NCBI GenBank assembly: GCA_038087875.1
Contig: CM075987.1
Coordinates: forward strand, 22,508,001-22,572,000
Direction of reading: 5' to 3'
DNA length: 64,000 bases
DNA from: Malacoraja senta
Taxonomy: Eukaryota
Shown here: one piece after another, positions 49,960 through 61,860 of the stretch
How positions within the stretch are numbered: position 1 is the stretch's first letter
How the letters are laid out: the number at the start of each line of letters is the position of its first letter
Position numbers and translations under genes: made by a program
The notes under the pieces: model-generated
Database searches by the model: none
What the model saw: the letters and a program-made list of their open reading frames with translations, nothing else
What the model was told of the DNA's origin: nothing

Positions 49960-51495
49960 ATGCTACCCTAATATACCCCTGGACAAAACATCCTTTGCAA
50001 TATTGCAAAAACCAGCTCCAATATTTCACTGCCCGTCACATATTCTTGTCTCCTTTCAACATTTTAAGACAATGACTCCCTGGTCCATTCTTCCAGCCCC
50101 ACAAACCACTTCCTGTTGTATGGTACTTTCCCAAACCACGGAAGGACTTGCAACCCCTGTCCCTGCACATCTTCCCTCCCGTCATCCAGGAACACCCCCC
50201 TCCCCCAGGTGAAGCAGTGATTCACACACTTCTTCCAATCTCGTGACCTGCAAACACTATGTGATCCTCTCTACACTGGAGAAACCAAATGCAGGTTGGA
50301 CGATTGTTCTGTAGAGCAGCTGCCTTCGAGCCCACAGGCTGAACTTCAATTTTGTTTTGCCTGCTCCTTTAATTCTCAATCTCACCCAACTTCACTCTCC
50401 CACGCTGTTAAAACACGGCGCAACACAAGCTTGTGGAACAAGGGCGGCACGGTAGAGTTTCTGCCTTACAGCGCCAGGGACCCGGGTTCCATCCTGACTA
50501 CGGGTGCTTGACTGTACGGAGTTTGTACGTTCTCCCCATGACCTGCGTGGGTATCCTCATGGAACTCCGGTTTCCTCCCACACTCCAAAGACATACAGGT
50601 TTGTAGGTTAATTGGTTTGGTATAATTGTAAATTATCCCTAGTGTGTGTAGAATAGCATTAGTATACGGGATCGCTGGTCGACACGAACTTGGTGGGCCT
50701 GTTTCCTCACTGTATCTCTAAACTAAACTACGTCTTCTGTTTAAATTGGCAGGACCCTTCGGAAGATATTTGGGGTGCAAGACCTCACTCTGGAAGTGAG
50801 AAGGCGGCATACAGCATATTTGCTCTAAGTAGAACACAGAACAGAATGGGAACAAACCCTTCGACCCACAAAGTCTGTGCCAAACAGGATGCCAAGACCA
50901 ACTCTTACCTGCCTGAACATAATCTAGTCCCTACATATCCATATGCGCCTATCCAAAAATAACGTAAATGCTAAAATCGTATCTGCCTACACCACTACCC
51001 TGGCATCACATGCCAAACACTCATTGCTGCTCTCTCAGGTAGATGGCAATAAAGAAAATAAACAAACATGTGCAGATGATGTGCCTTTGATTACAAAAAA
51101 AAAATCACAATATGGACCGTTTCTTAAGAATGCATTCACCTCCGTACTGCAGAGTCGCCTATACTACACTGTGTGAGATGGTGAAAGTTGTTTTTAAATT
51201 GCAAGTTTTTAATCTGTTTTTCAGCACCTCCTTGCACAATTTTCTGCATTGCCTCTCTGAACCATTCTCCTCCCGCAACACTAAATCTGAACCCGAGCAA
51301 AAATAAGATCTGTCCCATCTGGATTGAGAAGTCTTGCACCAAACCTCAGCCTTTGTTTCAAGACATAATCTCAAAACAGTAGTATTTCACAATCCAGCCA
51401 CAGTAATATTGCAATATTAACCAGTTTCATACTCAATCACCAGAACTTTCCACTGACACATCGTTTTGCTTCAATACCTCCGTATATTCTGCAAC

Positions 51496-51618
51496 TCAAG
51501 GATTTTTCCTCAGGCGACGACTTCGTCTTGTTGCTACATGAACCTCACCCTCAGGGGCAACAGAAACTTCTGGAACATTGCGAGGTTCTGGGGGGTTTTG
51601 ATCCTCTGGCTCTGTTTC
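51496..51618 (-). CDS. SNAPC4: SNAPC4 terminal coding exon
   Basis: Acceptor ctgtcag|GAA. Encodes ETEPEDQNPPEPRNVPEVSVAPEGEVHVATRRSRRLRKNP*, with a basic C-terminus like vertebrate SNAPC4. Phase 0, matching the upstream exon. Confidence 0.8.
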   Translation of the reverse strand, partial: ETEPEDQNPPEPRNVPEVSVAPEGEVHVATRRSRRLRKNP

Positions 51619-54542
51619 CTGACAGGATCAGAAAAACAATAAAAAGGGTTACAACTCAGTAAAAACAAAAGCTCCTGGCATGCAGGACATTTTGTAGAAT
51701 CCAAGGCTAATCAACCCAACCTTTTTTCTTAATTTAAACATTTTGGTTACATTAAACAAGGCAGGAATAGACAGAGTTAAATTCTGTCCAAATCTTATAT
51801 AATACTTGCCTATCCTGGTCCAATTTTCTTTACAACAAGCTATTCTCATGTCACTAAAAGCAAAAATTGCAGATGCTAAAAATTTGAAATGAAAACATTT
51901 CAAAGGCATTTTCTATTTTATTGTTATGTCATTTTGCCCAGTTCCATTAATTTGCAGCCAACTAAGTAGACTTTCGGGCCAGATGTGTCAATGAAGATGA
52001 TTTATGAAGAATTAAACCATGGCCTCAGATTGATGAAGAACTGGTTTAAGGCTCCCTGAATGAATTGCAGCCCCCCCCATGGCAGGAGGGAGTGGGAAAG
52101 AGAAGGAAGGGGAAGGGGAGAGTGGGCCAGAACACATCAATGAAGAGCCAGCAGTGACATAGAGACTTCCTGGCACACTGTGGACTTCTGGATGTGTGCT
52201 ACAGTGCAAACGAGCTCTTGGTCTGGCCCTGCATTCAACATTAAATCCAGGGGCCAGACACACCTCATACCAGGATGACACGGTGGCGCAACGGTAGAGC
52301 TATTGCCTTACAGCACCAGAGACCTCTGTTCGATCCTGACTAGGGGTGCTTGTCTGTACGGAGTTTGCACGTTCTCCCTGTGACCTGTGTGGGTTTTCTC
52401 TGGGATTTCCGGTTTCCTCCCACTCTCCAAAGACATACAGGTTTGTGGGTTAATTGACTTCAGTAAAATTGTAAATTGTCCCGTATGTATGTAGGTTAGC
52501 GTAAGTGTGTGGAGATCGCTGGACGGTGCAAACTGAGTGGACCGAAGGGCTTGTTTCTGCGCTGTATCTCTAAACTAAACTAAACCCCTCAGCTTCTCAC
52601 TGCTGGTTCAACTGACAATGCCAACAATCATTTCATTGGAGTTGGTGATCCACATCTGAACACTAAGTTTCATGTTTATATTTATTTCACAATAGTTTTT
52701 AAAGTGAAAATTCATACAATTTTGAATAAATCTAATTTAATTCTTTTTCAGTCACATCTCATTAGAGACATTTAGAAATAGTGAAAAAGGCTTCCGACAG
52801 CATGTGGTGCCAGCAAACCATTAGGGCAGTCTGTCAACTGGTCACCACTTTAGAGGCTGGCTCAATCTAAACAATGGCTGCAGCAGCAATGTCAGGAATG
52901 GGAGGGCGGCACAGTGGTGCAGCTGGTAGAGCCGCTGCCTCAGAGTTCGATCCCGACCTCGGGTCCTGCCCGTGTGGAGTTTGCACGTTCTCTCTCTCTG
53001 ACTGCGTGGGTTTCCTCCCTCCTTCGAAAGACACGAGGGTTTGTAGGTTTATTGGCATCTGTAAATTACCCGTAGTGTGCAGGGAGTGGATGAGAGTGAA
53101 ATAACAGAACGAGTGTGAACGGATGATCGATGGTTATCTTGGACTGGGTGGGCTGAAGGGCCCATTTCCATACTGTACCTCTAAACTAAGGAAGCAGCCA
53201 TGCTTCCACAAAAGTGAAGTGGAGGTTGTGAGTGCAAGGTGGAACCTGTACAATAAGCCAGTCCATTAAATACCTCAGAACGGCTGAATTCAAATCAAAT
53301 TCACTGAGCCACCCGCACTGGTTAACATTCCTCTCCCTCAAATTAAACCTCAGCTCTGAGAGCACCACAACCACTGATGTACAGATAGGTTACAAACACT
53401 CCCAGTTTTGCTAAAACACTATTGGCTCTTCCATGTTTGTCGTTGAGTTAGAAAGATATTTTTCACAGTAATGAATAGCGTGCCAATCACTGTGCATTGG
53501 AAAATGTTGCAGCAGTGTCCACAGTGTATTTAGCTCAGACTTTTCAGTTAATGAAAAGAGATAGCTGTGTGGGAAGGAACTGCTGATGCTGGTTTAAACT
53601 GAAGATAGACACAAAATGCTGGAGTAACTCAGCGGGTCAGACAGTATCTCTATTCGGATTAAGTCTGAAGAAGGGTCTCAATCCGAAACGTCACCCATTC
53701 CTTCTCTCCAGAGATGCTGCCTGTCCCGCTGAGTTATTCCAGCTTTTTGTGTCTATCACAATTTCACCTATTCCTTTTCTCCAGAGATGCTGTCTGACTG
53801 GCCGAGTTACTCCAACATTTTTGCATCTAAAAGAGATAGCTGCTTTGTTTGTTCGGCAGCCACGAGGCAGAAGTACAGTTTGGATCAGCTTCTGCTTCCA
53901 GGTCCTTCACATCTAACCTTCCTCCATTACATAACTAACATTTTTTCACTCCACTTCCTTTTTGCTAAAGAGTCCACAGTCACGGGAGAGAGAGAGAAAA
54001 AAAACGAACTACTTTCCACAGTTATACCACCCACTGTCTGAGCAGGCTTTGCTTTTTGAATACCACATAACCAGGTGGGGAAACACCAGGTTCACTGGTG
54101 TGGGTGGGGAGCGCTTAAACAACATTGGTAGTGGGATGGGCACCAGCATGCAGTAACAAAAGTGGAATAGGGTGGAGAAAGTAGAAGTGCAGGATAATAG
54201 AGAAGGAAGCTTTTCATTATCAGATGGGAGCAGACAAATAGATTGAGAAATTCAAATCTATATTTAGAATCCAAGTAGTCAGAACCCTTTTCCCCCATGT
54301 TGGAAACATCAAAGACTTAAGGGCAATGATTTGCGGTGAAAGGGGCAAATTGAAAGGAAATGTGCAGGGCATGTTTTTTTTTTTCTATAGAGGGTGGTGG
54401 GTGCGTAGAATGCACTGCCAGGGGTTGTGGTGGAGACAGATACGATGGCCAGGGAATAGAGGGGTATTGATCATTCAAGAGGGGGAAAAGGGGGGGACGA
54501 GAGGGAGAAAATACCATTAGAACATAAACTTCTCCCACTTAC

Positions 54543-56413
54543 CAAACTGCCCAGCAAGTCACAGTCAAATGACAGGTCAGCAGGGATCTCAAAGGGCTGG
54601 TTTGGCTCGCTGCTGGTCACTTCCTCTGTCACGCAGTGTTCTGGCAATCCTTCAGTATCTTCCTCACTCTCTATGTCCGTCTCCGTGTACTCGCATTCTT
54701 CCGAGGAGTCTTGGCTGAGATCTTCATTTGATGAGCTGATTGTGGTGGAAGTCCCCTCCGGTGGTAGCGTGGCCAGAAACGCAGGTAGTGTGAAGGCAGA
54801 GAGAAAGCGAGCTTTCAAGAGCTGGTACGCAGGGTTGTTCTGCAGACGCTCCCTCACTTGCACCCTGGCTGCCTCAAGTCTTATTTTGGGATCAATTGGT
54901 TCATTCACATCGGCTGCCTCGTGGGCAAGCACATTCTGCTCCAGGACCTTCTTGTGCAGCAGTAGGTTTGAGAAGCCTCTCAGAGTCGCAGCAAAGGGTG
55001 GCAGATAAGGTAGGCTAGTTGACGTCCCTGGTACACGGATACCACCTTTCCCTTCCAGCCAGTCTCTCGTTACTGGATCTTTGTCGTGACACAAGAGTGT
55101 AAAGTCAACAGAGGTTTTGTCCGACTGTGACGGTGTGGCTGGCTGCTTGGTCCCCTCGGATGGAGCCACACTGCTGGGCTGTGTACATGGCGACGTGGTA
55201 CTTGCAACATCTACAGTCACCCTTGATTGTCCAGATCCCTGAGCAAGCTGTGTGGTCGATAGAGGAGTGGGATCGTTGCCATCAATGCGGTTAGCTGCCA
55301 CCTGCTTCGTGGCCTCCAGTGCTGGAGGATCTGTGGACGTTGTTGCAGCACTGTTGGATGTCAGACTTGGAGCCAATGCAGACGACAGTGTTTGTTGAAT
55401 CTGCACGTTGCTGGATGATGATGGGACCAACTTGCACGCCGCCAGGGGAGGAGTGTTCAGAGGCTGGCTTGCGGACAGCGTTACACTGGTGGTGGTCTGC
55501 ACTGGTGCTACACTGGGGCCACCAATCTCCGACTGACTGGGTGCAATGGTGGAGTTCACCTGGGCTTGAGTTGTCGAGCTCAACGAGGTGCTGGCACCCG
55601 CTCCACTCTGGGGGACGGTGGTGGTTTGGCTGGCGCCAGTGACTGCGGTGGGAGTTTGGCTATTCGGATTGGGCAGGCCCACGACTGTGCCTGGAGGAAG
55701 ACAGAGCAGACCCTGGGGAGTGACCAGGGCCATGATGGGTACGCTGGAGTTAGGGAGCATTAGTGGAACCACCATGCCGTTGGTCTGCAGCACAGGCTGC
55801 ACTGGTGGCGCTGGAGCAATTGGCTGCAGCCACCTAGCACCACAGTTGGCTTTAGCAGATTGAAGTGAAGCAGCATTCAGTGCAGTGATATTTTTCGTTG
55901 GTTCAACTATGGCTGATGAACCTACCTGACTAGAGTGTGGTAATGGAGCAGCCCCTGTGTTAGCTTCTCCATTTGGTTGCTCCGACAACAGCTGCGGTGT
56001 ACCTGCCACTGGCTTACCATGTGCAGCGTGTCTCACCGTGGATTCAATCTTGGGCTTTGTCCTGCTCCTGGTTTGAATTGAACATTGTTTAACCACTTGT
56101 GATTCAAGACCGACGGGCATCTTGCTGGAAGACGCAGGTTGCGGCATCATCACCACCTGTAATGGTTGCTGGATTGTCAACGGTTGTGGAATGACCAAAG
56201 GTCCGGACGCTAGTCTAGAGGTTTTGATCAGGCTCCTGGCTCTTCGCCTCTCAGCAAGCAGATCTTGGACAGTCTTTGGTTTCTCTTTTGGAGGTGCAGA
56301 GCTGAGCTTAAACCGAGCCATTTCCATGGTCTTCCCATTGCCCACGTCAATGGTGGTTCCTTTCACCTGGTTCAGGTAGGGCCCCGACCTCGACTGGTTT
56401 TCACTCGTGATTG
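54543..56413 (-). CDS. SNAPC4: SNAPC4 (SNAP190) large penultimate coding exon
   Basis: 1871 nt; acceptor tttccag|CA, donor TTG|gtaagt. Contains KPKTVQDLLAERR, LVTPQGLL and WLEGKGGIRVPG..LPYLPPFAATLRGFSNLLLHKKVLE..LQNNPAYQLLKARFLSAFTLPAFLATLPP, matching conserved SNAPC4 C-terminal blocks. Confidence 0.93.
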
Positions 56414-57763
56414 CTGGAAAGGAAAATGACAAGGGAACTGTTGATTGCGAGGCAGAAGCAAAAAAGGGGAAATAGTTTTGGTTGTGGGGAGCTCTAATCA
56501 CATTTGTAATATTTGAATCAGAAACATACAATGTAGTAGCTAGCCAGATCCACCCACAAGTTTAAGTTTGTTGTTTGAAAGACCAATGTTATTAAACTGA
56601 ATATTTTATTTCTATCACAATTTGCCATAGTAACAAACATACTGGAAGACAAAAAGGTGTAAATATCAATCCAGATTCTTCTGCGCAAAAATCACAGCTG
56701 ATGCTCTGGTTCAGTACTGAGAAAACCTTGTACTATTGGGGGTATGGTCTTTCAATGAGGCATTAACATCATTCACTGACTCTGCCTTCTTGTGCAAATA
56801 TAGAACCCATCACAGATTATTTTGAAGAAGAAAGTTCTTCGAAAGTTTCCTCAGTAATTATTTATTTTCTCAGTCACACAAAAAAATCGGTTATATGATC
56901 ATCATATTGCTCACTGTGAGCAGATTATATTTCCTCTAGTGACTATGTTTCCAGGAGACTTCATTGGTTGTGAAAGTGCTTCATGACATCCTGACAAGTC
57001 TTCCTCTTGAAACAAATGACAATGATCTACACCATTACTGGTTCCGATCACACTTCATGTCCAATCTAACTCAGCAACTATTCAATCTACTGGGACCAAC
57101 AACAGAAATGACACGGGCCAACAGAGGGAAAGAAAATGTCTGGAAAATTCTCCCCGGCCTTTGTGAATAAGCGTAACCAGCCAAAGGATGTCAGTTACCA
57201 GCGACAGCTTCATCAGGCTTACAGATACCAGACAAGGAAGGGTCAAGGCTACATTGTGACAGACTCTACCAACACACTACCTCAAATTTAAAAAGTCCCT
57301 CTGTTGGAGAGGTACAATATATATGAATACACTTCCCAGGAGGAGAGGAACGGTGACCACAAGAGAAGTAGTGAGATGACTGCAGGATGAATTTTAGTTT
57401 CATTTACTGTGTGGAGTAATTGAAAAGCTCAAAATTGAGGAACTGAGTATTCACAGCTGAATAAAGATTACATATATATATTAGAAAATCACAAGGGGCC
57501 ATAAGCATCTCTGAACTATGGCCTATTGGGGGCTAGACCATTAGAACGAGACCATTGGAGGAAGAGGGGTGATCTCATAGAGGCCCATCCAGTTGGTGGG
57601 CTGAGGAAAGGGAAAACAATGAACACTATATATTGCAGGTATATACATAATTAAATGTTGGCATCAAATTTGTAGAGTCAAGATTGTCAAGAATGTTTAA
57701 TTGTCACATGCCTAAAGACCAGAATAATTCTCAGATGCGCGTCATTAAAAAGCAACATCATAC

Positions 57764-57791
57764 CTGGCAAGCTTTGAGCAGCCTTGTTCAT
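57764..57791 (-). CDS. SNAPC4: SNAPC4 28-nt micro-exon
   Basis: tttttactctag|ATGAACAAGGCTGCTCAAAGCTTGCCAG|gtatga. Encodes MNKAAQSLP+G and converts phase 0 to phase 1, exactly as needed to join the flanking exons. Confidence 0.8.
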
Positions 57792-58866
57792 CTAGAGTAA
57801 AAAGTAAAAACACAATGATCAGCACATACTTTCCTAAAACAAACTATCCACCATAAGACAAACAGAATTACATAAATAAACAGAGGAAGGAAAAGAGACA
57901 ATCGCCAACAGAAGAAAAAAAATCCACTGAAGTCTACGACTAGAGGGTCTGAGCTACGGGCAGACGTTGAGTAGGCTGGGGCTCTATTCCTTGGAGCGCA
58001 GGAGGACGAGGGGTGATCTCGTAGAGGTGTATCAGATCATGAGAGAATAGATTGGGTAGATGCACAGTCTCTTGCCCAGAGTAGGTGAATTGAGGACCAG
58101 GGGACATAGGTTTAAGGTGAAGGGGAAAAGATTTAATAGGAGTCTGAGGGGTAACTTTTTCCACACAAAAGGTGGTGGATGTATGGAACAAGCGGGCCAG
58201 AGGAGGTAGTTGATGCAGGAACTATCCCAACATTTAAGAAACAGTTAGACAGGTACATGGATAGGACAGGTTTGGAGGGATATGGACCAAATGCTGGCAG
58301 GTGGGACTAGTGTGGCTGGGACAAGTTGGGCCGAAGGGCCTGTTTCCACACTGTATCACTCTACAAACCGTATGTCGAGAAAGATTGGAGGGCAAACGTG
58401 GATTGTGGGTCATCCTGGGACACGAGTGTGAACTGGCTTTGAGACTCACTGCTGGCTAGATCAGCTCATAATTCCCAAGGATAATATAAAAAGCTCAAGT
58501 CCTCCGACCTAATGCCAGTGTTAACAGCTGAATGCGTAGTACCAGGTGAGGGAGAGGTATCGGGCCTATTTAGACTGCAAGTGCATGCAAATTACCTTTA
58601 ACTGGTCAGTACAAGGTCAAACACAACTGAGTCAACATGGCTCTGCTTAACTCTCAAACCATTGGGTGCAACTGTACATTATTGAACAGTCTGTACTTTA
58701 ATCGGGACTCTAAATTTGTCCAAGCACAAAATTTTTCCACCACGTTCTCCAAGTGCCCAATGTTCAAAGCTTCCATCTATTAACATTGTTACCACAGTGC
58801 CAAGATTAAATGATGCCTCTAGTGAACATCCCTGGATCAAACCGAGTAGTCTCAAGTCTTCAGTAC

Positions 58867-58914
58867 CTTATCTTTTATGATCTGCATGCATCCTTCTTTA
58901 TCAATCCGGAACAC
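58867..58914 (-). CDS. SNAPC4: SNAPC4 internal exon
   Basis: ttcgcag|GTG...AAG|gtactg. 48 nt; VFRIDKEGCMQIIKDK, similar to human LFHIDTAGCLEVVRERK as recalled. Confidence 0.85.
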
Positions 58915-59057
58915 CTGCGAACAACAGAGGGTGGTGTTGGTACACGTGTCACTGCCGCGGACGTTGCCAACTCTTATAGGACAAGGGTTCTGACCGTACG
59001 TATACATAGAGCCTACGGCGGCTGTCAAAGCTATACCTGCTCATTTCAAAAGTGAAG

Positions 59058-59347
59058 GTAGACAAATATGCTGTAGAAACTCAGCGGGTGAGGCAGCATC
59101 TATGGAGCGAAGGAATAGGTGACGTTTCGGTTCGAGACCCTTCTTCAGACCCGAAAGGGTCTGAAGAAGGGTCTCGACCCAAAACGTCACCTATTACTTC
59201 GCTCCATAGATGCTGCCTCACCCGTCGGGTCTGAAGAAGGGTCTCAAACCGAAACGTCACCTATTCAGTCAGCCGCCTCGCCCGCTGAGTTTCTCCAGCA
59301 TTTTTGTCTACCTATGATTTTTCCAGCATCTGCAGTTCCTTCTTAAA
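59058..59347. mobile_element. Composite Penelope-end insertion (one inverted + two direct copies)
   Basis: 16-bp TSD cattt(c/a)aaaagtgaag (59042-59057 / 59348-59363); three CTGAAGAAGGGTCTC motifs. Confidence 0.8.
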
Positions 59348-59928
59348 CATTTAAAAAGTGAAGTAAGTTTAATCACGTATAACAAGTTCCAGGAGATCAG
59401 TGTAAAGGTAGGGCACAAATTTTACCAAGAATCTTTGTATGTCAGTGAATTGCAGCAATTGCAGAATGGGATAGAACATATTAGGGGAACGGAATCAAAA
59501 AACAGATGTTTTGCCTTTAATGGCAAGAATGATTTTGCCATTGGAGGTTACAAACCACTGGGCAAGCTACAACAACAGTTGGATCACTTTCAGTCTCGAC
59601 ATGAATGGACCATTGTGACAGGTCCTTCTGTCGAGTGCCCTCGTCAGGTTTAATAATATTGTGTGTTGATAATCTTGAGTGGTTTAATGACAATACATTG
59701 TCATCTGTTTGTGTCCCATTAAAAACAAACAGGAACTCGAGCACAACAACCCCCCCCCCCCCCCCCCCCCACACCCATCCGACAGAGAGCCACAACTATA
59801 CTTAATCACTCCTATCTAATTTCCAACCACAGCCCCAGGGACATTTACACAGAATCTCTGATCCACGACAGCTCTGCCCAGTATCCAAACACTTACTTTT
59901 CTCAAAGGCTCACAACAGAGAAGCTTAC

Positions 59929-59999
59929 CTGTAGCAAGAGAATAAAAACAGGAGTGCTGCTTAAACCAGTTGCTTCCAGTCTCTCGCGCTGAACATCAA
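59929..59999 (-). CDS. SNAPC4: SNAPC4 internal exon
   Basis: caaacag|TT...CAG|gtaagc. 71 nt; (I)DVQRERLEATGLSSTPVFILLLQ, similar to human ADGLREQLQQARLASTPVFTLFTQ as recalled. Confidence 0.88.
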
Positions 60000-60963
60000 C
60001 TGTTTGCAAGAGAAGGAAAGTGTTTGAAATATTATGCATATCCTTACAATGTCCAGTTTCCCCACTTAAATTTTTGTGCTGAGTTTAAAAATCAGAATAA
60101 GTGCACTGAACTGGTGGATTGCGCCACAAGCTGCTAGTTGGAATTATTTTACTGCCCCAGGATAACGCATAAAGAACACACATTTCCTATGGTTAATGTG
60201 AAGGCCCATGGAACTAGCGTGAACGCAGTAGTTTCCCCAGTGTCCTCGACCTAAATACTTATACCTCAGCTTAAGCAGATTACCTAGTTATCACTATTTG
60301 TATCAATGGTGGCTCTGCAGTTCCGACGATGACAGCTCCATGGCAAATAGTACAAGAATGCAAGAAAACAGGAGCAGTAGAGTAGCAAGACCCCTCAAGT
60401 CTGCCCTGCCTTTCAATATGTGGCTGATCTCTACTGGCCCAAACTCCTCGAAGTTCTTGAAGATTATTTAATCTTTCAACTAGCTTCACCATGAAATATA
60501 TCCAATGATCTGGCATTCACCACCCTCTGGAGCAGAGAATTCCAGAGATTCACAACCCCAAGATATTTCTGTGCACCTCAGATTTAAATGACCAGTCCCT
60601 TATTGAGTGAATTTTGAATTTCCGACCCGACAGCTGGAGACATGAACATCGTTGAACTGGTTAAAATTAAAGGGAACTCAAGCTGCTGGAAGCACAAGTA
60701 CACAGACCGTGGAGGGTTGTATAGAATATAGTTCTCAGCATCATAGCGCACCAGTTCCATAGACAAAGTCCAATGTCCACAATGGGGTAGAGGTGTGGTG
60801 GACAGTACCCTAGCTTATGGAAGGAACGTTCAGCCTGGTGGGATTCACTGGGAAGTTATGAGCTTTAATTACTCATAGGAAATTTGAGGAAGGATAAGGT
60901 AATTCTCTTGTAAGGGCTCAGAGATTCCCAAGGCAAAATCCATTGGTACGTTGAGTTGCTTAC

Positions 60964-61192
60964 TTTCCCTCTGAACAACTGGCCTTGCTGTGGTCCACCG
61001 GGAGATCTCTGCAAGCAACCTTCTTTCCAGATTTGTATCGGAGAGCTTTGCTGTACTCATCGTCCGCCTTGGCGGCTTGGGATTCCTTTGGGATCGTGGA
61101 GGCTCCTGTTGCTCATCAGTTGCCACCAAGCTCTGGGTGAGTTTGGGAGGTGGCTCTGGCTCCGATACTACTGTTGATACAGATGAGACACT
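60964..61192 (-). CDS. SNAPC4: SNAPC4 internal exon
   Basis: tgtatag|AGT...GAA A|gtaagc. 229 nt; SVSSVSTVVSEPEPPPK...NLERRLLAEISRWTTARPVVQRE. Phases fit both neighbouring exons. Confidence 0.82.
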
Positions 61193-61860
61193 CTATACAA
61201 AAGGGGGAAAAAAAGTTAAAAGTTGGAGTCTTTCCTCCGTTGGTCACACTCACGTTGCAGCCACAGCCTGTTCCCGAGCTCCTTGGTCTTCATTCTGCAC
61301 TCAAATTGGTCAACATGGGCATCTCTAACATGGCATTGGGCCTGTGCTGGCTATTCCATATATTCTCACTCCCCTGCTCTCTCACAGTCGTGTAACCTTT
61401 TGGAAAAGTGTTTCTTCAATTGCCCTTTTGAAATTTTACAACTAGATGCCTCTAACAATCTTGCAGGCAGTTCCAGATTGCAACAGCTCACTCTGGTAAT
61501 TTTCCTGATCACAGCGTGCCTGTCCTCTGATTACCGATTTATCTGCCATTGTAAACAGTTGGCTAATGGGATAAATGCACCACATGTTGTTACATACAGC
61601 CAGAGGGAAAGCCGCAGATATTCTTTTATTACACTAATAACCACGAGCGCGAGAGATCAAATTCCTAAAAGCAAGGATTGGAAATACAAGGATAATTATT
61701 TTACCATTCAGAAAATGAATTAAAAATGCTGGATTGTTGCAAAAATCGGACAGGTTCACTAATTCATTTTAGTGAAATAAACTTGTCAATAACTGATCTG
61801 GGTCTGCATCTGATTCCAGTGCTACAATGGACATGGTTGGTAAGAGCCACACACCACATA

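Noticed and set aside
54471..56531. 686-aa single-exon gene
   Set aside because: It is the large internal SNAPC4 exon read through into flanking introns; splice sites lie at 56413 and 54543.
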